Part shown: positions 51,861 through 64,000 of the stretch, piece after piece
Position numbering within the stretch: the stretch's first letter is position 1
Layout of the letters: the number at the start of each line of letters is the position of its first letter
Origin: the human T2T-CHM13v2.0 reference genome, Homo sapiens
DNA: 64,000 nt
Assembly (NCBI RefSeq): GCF_009914755.1
Contig: NC_060947.1
Direction: 5' to 3' (one strand)
The notes under the pieces: model-generated
What the model saw: only the letters and a program-made list of their open reading frames with translations
Database searches by the model: none
Told to the model about the DNA's origin: nothing
Made by a program: the position numbers and the translations under genes

Positions 51861-54446
51861 GCCTGACACTTATAACTCGTTATTAATATCTCTCCATCTC
51901 CAGCAACCAGCACGGTGCCTGGACAATAGACATTTGAGAACTATTTGTTGAACTGAACTATTTTGGAAAACTTTAGGCTGACATAGACATCTGAAGCATA
52001 TCTTAGTATATATGACTTCAGAAATGATTCTCTGTAGTTAAGCAGAATGTGCTACCTCACTTTGCTAGGGCACCCAAAAGAGTTTTAACTCCAAAGAGTA
52101 GATAGCCCTGTAACTCTCCAGTCATGCAACTAATAAGCATATCTTTCTGGTCCTTGAAGCCATCAATTTTAATGCAGCTGAAGCTCAAATGGGATAGCTC
52201 ACCACTTTGAAGTCAGACTTGTTATCGTAAGTCATCTCATCATCATTCAAAATGAAAGAGAACCCCATTTCGTTTCCTTTCCTTAGAACAAGGGCTTCAG
52301 AACTCCCCAGGGCTAGCTAGTCTCATTGGATCGCTGACCTTTTCAGTATTGAAATTCCTATGCAAATTTCCTTCTCAGCATCCCAGGGCTTTGATCCTTT
52401 GTGCGATGAATTTTATTTGTCGAATGGATGAAAAATGCAGTTATCAGACATGCCCAGGTCACCTTTGGAGAGTGTTGTGATAACAAATGTCCCCAAATGC
52501 GACCATTGATTTTCTCTTCCTTTGAGGACCTTAAAGAGCCTCTAGGTTAACCCCATTATCATCAGATCATCAGTGATCACTTCTCAGAAGTTTAGCTAGA
52601 CAGAAAAAGTGGATGAAATTGAACTGAATTTGTATCAATCCCAGTCATTGCCTAAAATCTGGCAGTTCAACTAAAACTCTGATAGTTGGTTATGTTGTCA
52701 CTTTTCTCTTTTCCCTGAAAACTGGTATATGGAACCTCCCACCCACCACCAACACGCACAAAAAAGCCCAACTAGTGGAGGATTATGGATTCACATGTTC
52801 TGAGGGGATTTAATTTGAGGAAAGAATGACTCTAGTGTGGTTTTGATCAGGAGAGGCTGCCTGGAGAAGGTCTCTAGCCAGACCATGAAGGACTGGTAGG
52901 GGATTCCAGAGTCGAGGAAGAGGATCTGGATGTGAGGCAAAGCACATAGTGTGCACATAATAAACTAGGGTTGATGCTAGTGGTTTTATGCTCAGGGCAA
53001 GACTGGGATTGCCCTCTCTTCTGTCCAAATCATCAGAAACAAACCATGGAAGGTCCAGAAACACAGAGGCTGAAAATATTCACCCCTAGGGAAAAGCACT
53101 TGCTAGGAGTGGGAGATATAATTTATTTTCTTTTCTTTTTCTTTTCTTTTCTTTTTTTTTGGAGACAATGTCTTGTAATATTTCCCAGGCTGGAGTGCAG
53201 TGGCAATTCACCGGCACGATCATAGCTCGCTGCAGTATTGAACTCCTGGGCTCAAGCTATCCTCCCACCATGTCCGGCAGAAAATATGATTTCTGATCTT
53301 TATTCTACCACTGACTTGTTCTATGATGATGGTCAGGTCATTTAAACCTCTCTTAGATCATTTCCTTGGCAATAAGATAGATGTATAATCAGGCTACCAT
53401 ACAGAACTGGTGGGAAGATTATACGAGAGCTCACAAATATCTATCAGATATAAGTTATTGAGATACTATTATTAAAATGTAAATATCACAGGAAGGGAGA
53501 CCACCTTCAGTCTTGTCAGCTTGCATCTTATTGGATAATTAATGCAGCTGCTCAAGGACCCCACGAAATGGGCATCAAGTACAGAGAAGAGAGAGAATTT
53601 TTTTAAAACAAATGAAGAAACCAAATCTCAGAGAGCTTTAATCACTACCCAGTTGTGAAGCAGGGACTATGCCAAATCATTTATCATAAATGTAAATTAC
53701 TTCACTGTTTTGTGCCAATACTCTGGAAACCTGTTTGTATCTCTTCGGAAGGCCCTGCCTTCCCACAGGAAGGTTCTGCCAGACATGGTGGGAGGATCCC
53801 TTGAGCCCAGGAGTTTGAGGCTGCAGTGAGCTATGATTGTGCTGGGAATTGGTGAGAATTTCAAGGGTAAGTGGAAAGCTACTGAGGAGAGTATTTTGGA
53901 GGTTGGCAGCTAATCTCAGATACAAATAGTTTAATCACTTGGTGTGCCTTAATCCACATTGATCTTTGAGTGACTTGATAGCCCCTTAAACTTCAGAAGG
54001 TAAACCTGTTTACTTCTACTGGTACAGAATTCTAATAAAAATAAATGTATTTTGTGTATTTGGCACAACTTTGTAAATTTTTATTCTATTCTATGTAAAC
54101 TACAACTATATATCATTCCTTTGAGCCTAACTTAGAAGAGAGAACTGGGAGTTCATAACACTAAAAAAGGCGGTAATATCATAGGCAAACATAGCAAACA
54201 TTTTTTAGGGAAGTCTCAGGAGAAAGGAAGCAAGTGAAAGTAAAGTGAGCATGGTAAAGAGTTGCACTTGGTAGGATCAGGGTTCAGGGAGTTCAAGTTT
54301 ATATCAAGGTATATCAGCACATGCCTAGGTAGAGGGAGAGGAAGAAGGAGAGGTAGAGAAGGGAGAAAAGGGGAGAGGGGAGAGAGGGAGAGAGAGGAGA
54401 GGAGGTAGAAGGAGAAGGAAGGGGCAAGAGGAGAGGAGGGAGCAGG

Positions 54447-54473
<27 letters not shown>
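54447..54473. repeat. (CA)n microsatellite next to a purine-rich tract (54330-54443)
   Basis: Read directly from the sequence. Confidence 0.9.
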
Positions 54474-54477
<4 letters not shown>

Positions 54478-55917
54478 ACCCACGCTTACATGCAAGCCTG
54501 CTGCTCTCCCACACCTGGTAAGTGTGTCAGAGCCCTCCTGGTGCTTGTCCTTATTCATCAAAGCCACTCCAGTTCTCTTTCTAGTCCCTTTGTCAATCAC
54601 TCTCCTTCTCTGCTACCAGGGAAACTTGACTGAGAGGAAGAGAAAGCTAAAGAAGTATCAAATTCCTCTCTAAGACATCTTCACTAGTCTTCCAGAACAT
54701 CTCCGCCTTGGGAAGCAGAACTCTGAGGTCCAGGAAGACCTTCCGACCAATCCACTGAGACATTGCTACGGCTGCCTCCTCTTCACTTTCTGGCCTCTTG
54801 AGCCAACATCCAACATGATCTTCATGAGAGGTTGCCGGTTACCTTTCTAAAAACGTATTTGACCAGATTTCTTCATGATATTTCAAAATGTAAAGGCAGA
54901 AAACAAGTTAAACTTTAAACAAATTTAAATTTAAACAATCTAAAAGGGAATTTAAGTAAGCGTATGACTTTGTTGCAGAGGTTCTAGGCTTCCTTTTTTA
55001 CAAAAGGATGGGAAATTTTAAAGCAACTGCTCTGACTAACCCAGAAAAATCTTTCTTTGTTTATCTCCTTTGTATTTAGCCCCAATATCTGAGAAAATTT
55101 TAAACATAGTTTTTTTTTCTAGGATTGGTGCCTAAGGGTCATTCCCTTACGAAAACCCTAACTTTTTTTACACCTTTGTTGAATGAAGGAGCTGGTGGAA
55201 GTTCAAATTTGTGTGTTAACATGTGACTTCAATTAGAGTCTGAAGATGGCCACTTGTTAGTAATCTCACACTGCATCATTTTAAAAAAAACACAGCATTT
55301 TTGTTCTGGTGAAGAGAGAGGCACTGGAATTCATCCCCATTGTCCACTCCCCACCCAGTGTATTTTACAGAAATTCTTAACAAGTTTAATAGTGTGCTAT
55401 TATAACATAATTGCAGCATTACACCAGAAGCATTATCAACACTAAGTATTCTCCAATTTAGAATGCATGAATAAAGTCTCTAAAACTCTTAAGAGTATCA
55501 CTTTTTCTCAGCTAAATAAACTAAGTTCAAAGGGTAAAAGGAATATTTCTTCTTATATTGAAGGTAGCATGTATTTGGGGGTAGTATTTTGATAAGCATT
55601 TGTGAGCTCCCTGCTGGTGGATTTTAAAACCTCCTTGGCAATCTCATGGTAACTATGAGGAGTGCGAAAGTGTCTAGAGCATTATTATGTATCTGTTATG
55701 GTAACACTAGCTCTGTCACTTTCAACATATGGCATCAAAAGTCACCCTGGATGCTGACAAAACTAGTCAACGCATGGGAAACAAGAAAGAGTGGGTTCTT
55801 AGATTGGCCTGAATGTCACACATACCTGTCATAAAGTATCACCTAGATGCAAGAGGAACTAAGAAATGGTAGTTCCGATCTGCAGAGCCACCTCGCTGCC
55901 ACTATTTAGCATGATGA

Positions 55918-58545
<2,628 letters not shown>

Positions 58546-58727
58546 TGGATTAGCCAGGCTCGGTGGCTCACGCCTGTAATCCCAGCACTTTGGGAGGCCG
58601 AGGCAGGTGAATCACCTGAGGTCAGGAGTTCGAGACCAGCTTGGCCAACATGGCAAAACTCTGTCTCTACTAAAAATACAGAAATTAGCCAGGTGTGGTG
58701 GCACGTGCTTGTAACCCCAGCTACTCA

Positions 58728-58913
<186 letters not shown>

Positions 58914-58974
58914 TCACATACTCAAGTTGTTCCAAGCATACTTAACATTTTTCATTAGCGGAATTATAAATTTT

Positions 58975-63880
<4,906 letters not shown>

Positions 63881-63886
63881 ATTCCC

Positions 63887-64000
63887 GTGTTTCTGGGGTC
63901 CCATGACCACCCCAGGTTTAGTGATTCACTAGAAGGAGTCACAAGAGTCAATATAGCAGGTTTTACTCACTGCTAAAGTTTATTAAGGAAAGGAAACAGA
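63887..64000. mobile_element. MER21/MER68-like LTR, running off the window end
   Basis: Clear similarity to 1548-1665 (ggggtccc..accacccc..gattcactagaaggagtcac..agcaggttttact). Confidence 0.6.

Overview
Repeat-dense primate (most likely human) genomic DNA with no intact host protein-coding gene. Main elements: (1) a full-length processed pseudogene of aldo-keto reductase AKR7A2 on the minus strand (~13.4-15.1 kb), inserted in an L2 and interrupted by an AluY; (2) a decayed class I provirus at 20312-27519 with two LTRs, a 5-bp TSD, a tRNA-Pro PBS, gag/pro/pol/env remnants, no integrase and three Alu insertions, resembling HERVP71A/LTR71; (3) solo LTR12C and LTR8-like elements, nested MaLR elements, long old L1 fragments and about 50 Alus; (4) a 358-nt pure-pyrimidine TTC/TCC tract grown from an Alu tail. 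I found no convincing new biological system. The most unusual signals are traces of DNA capture and rearrangement: a ~250-bp local inverted duplication inserted in a MIR with an 8-bp flanking duplication, a ~1.1-kb non-L1 segment inserted in an L1 with a TSD and an ATTAAA signal, and a tiny L1PA insertion combining 5' inversion with 3' transduction. The pseudogene also appears to keep an 8-codon ancestral segment missing from present human AKR7A2. Repeat family names and reference proteins are recalled from memory, not searched; percentages are hand counts.
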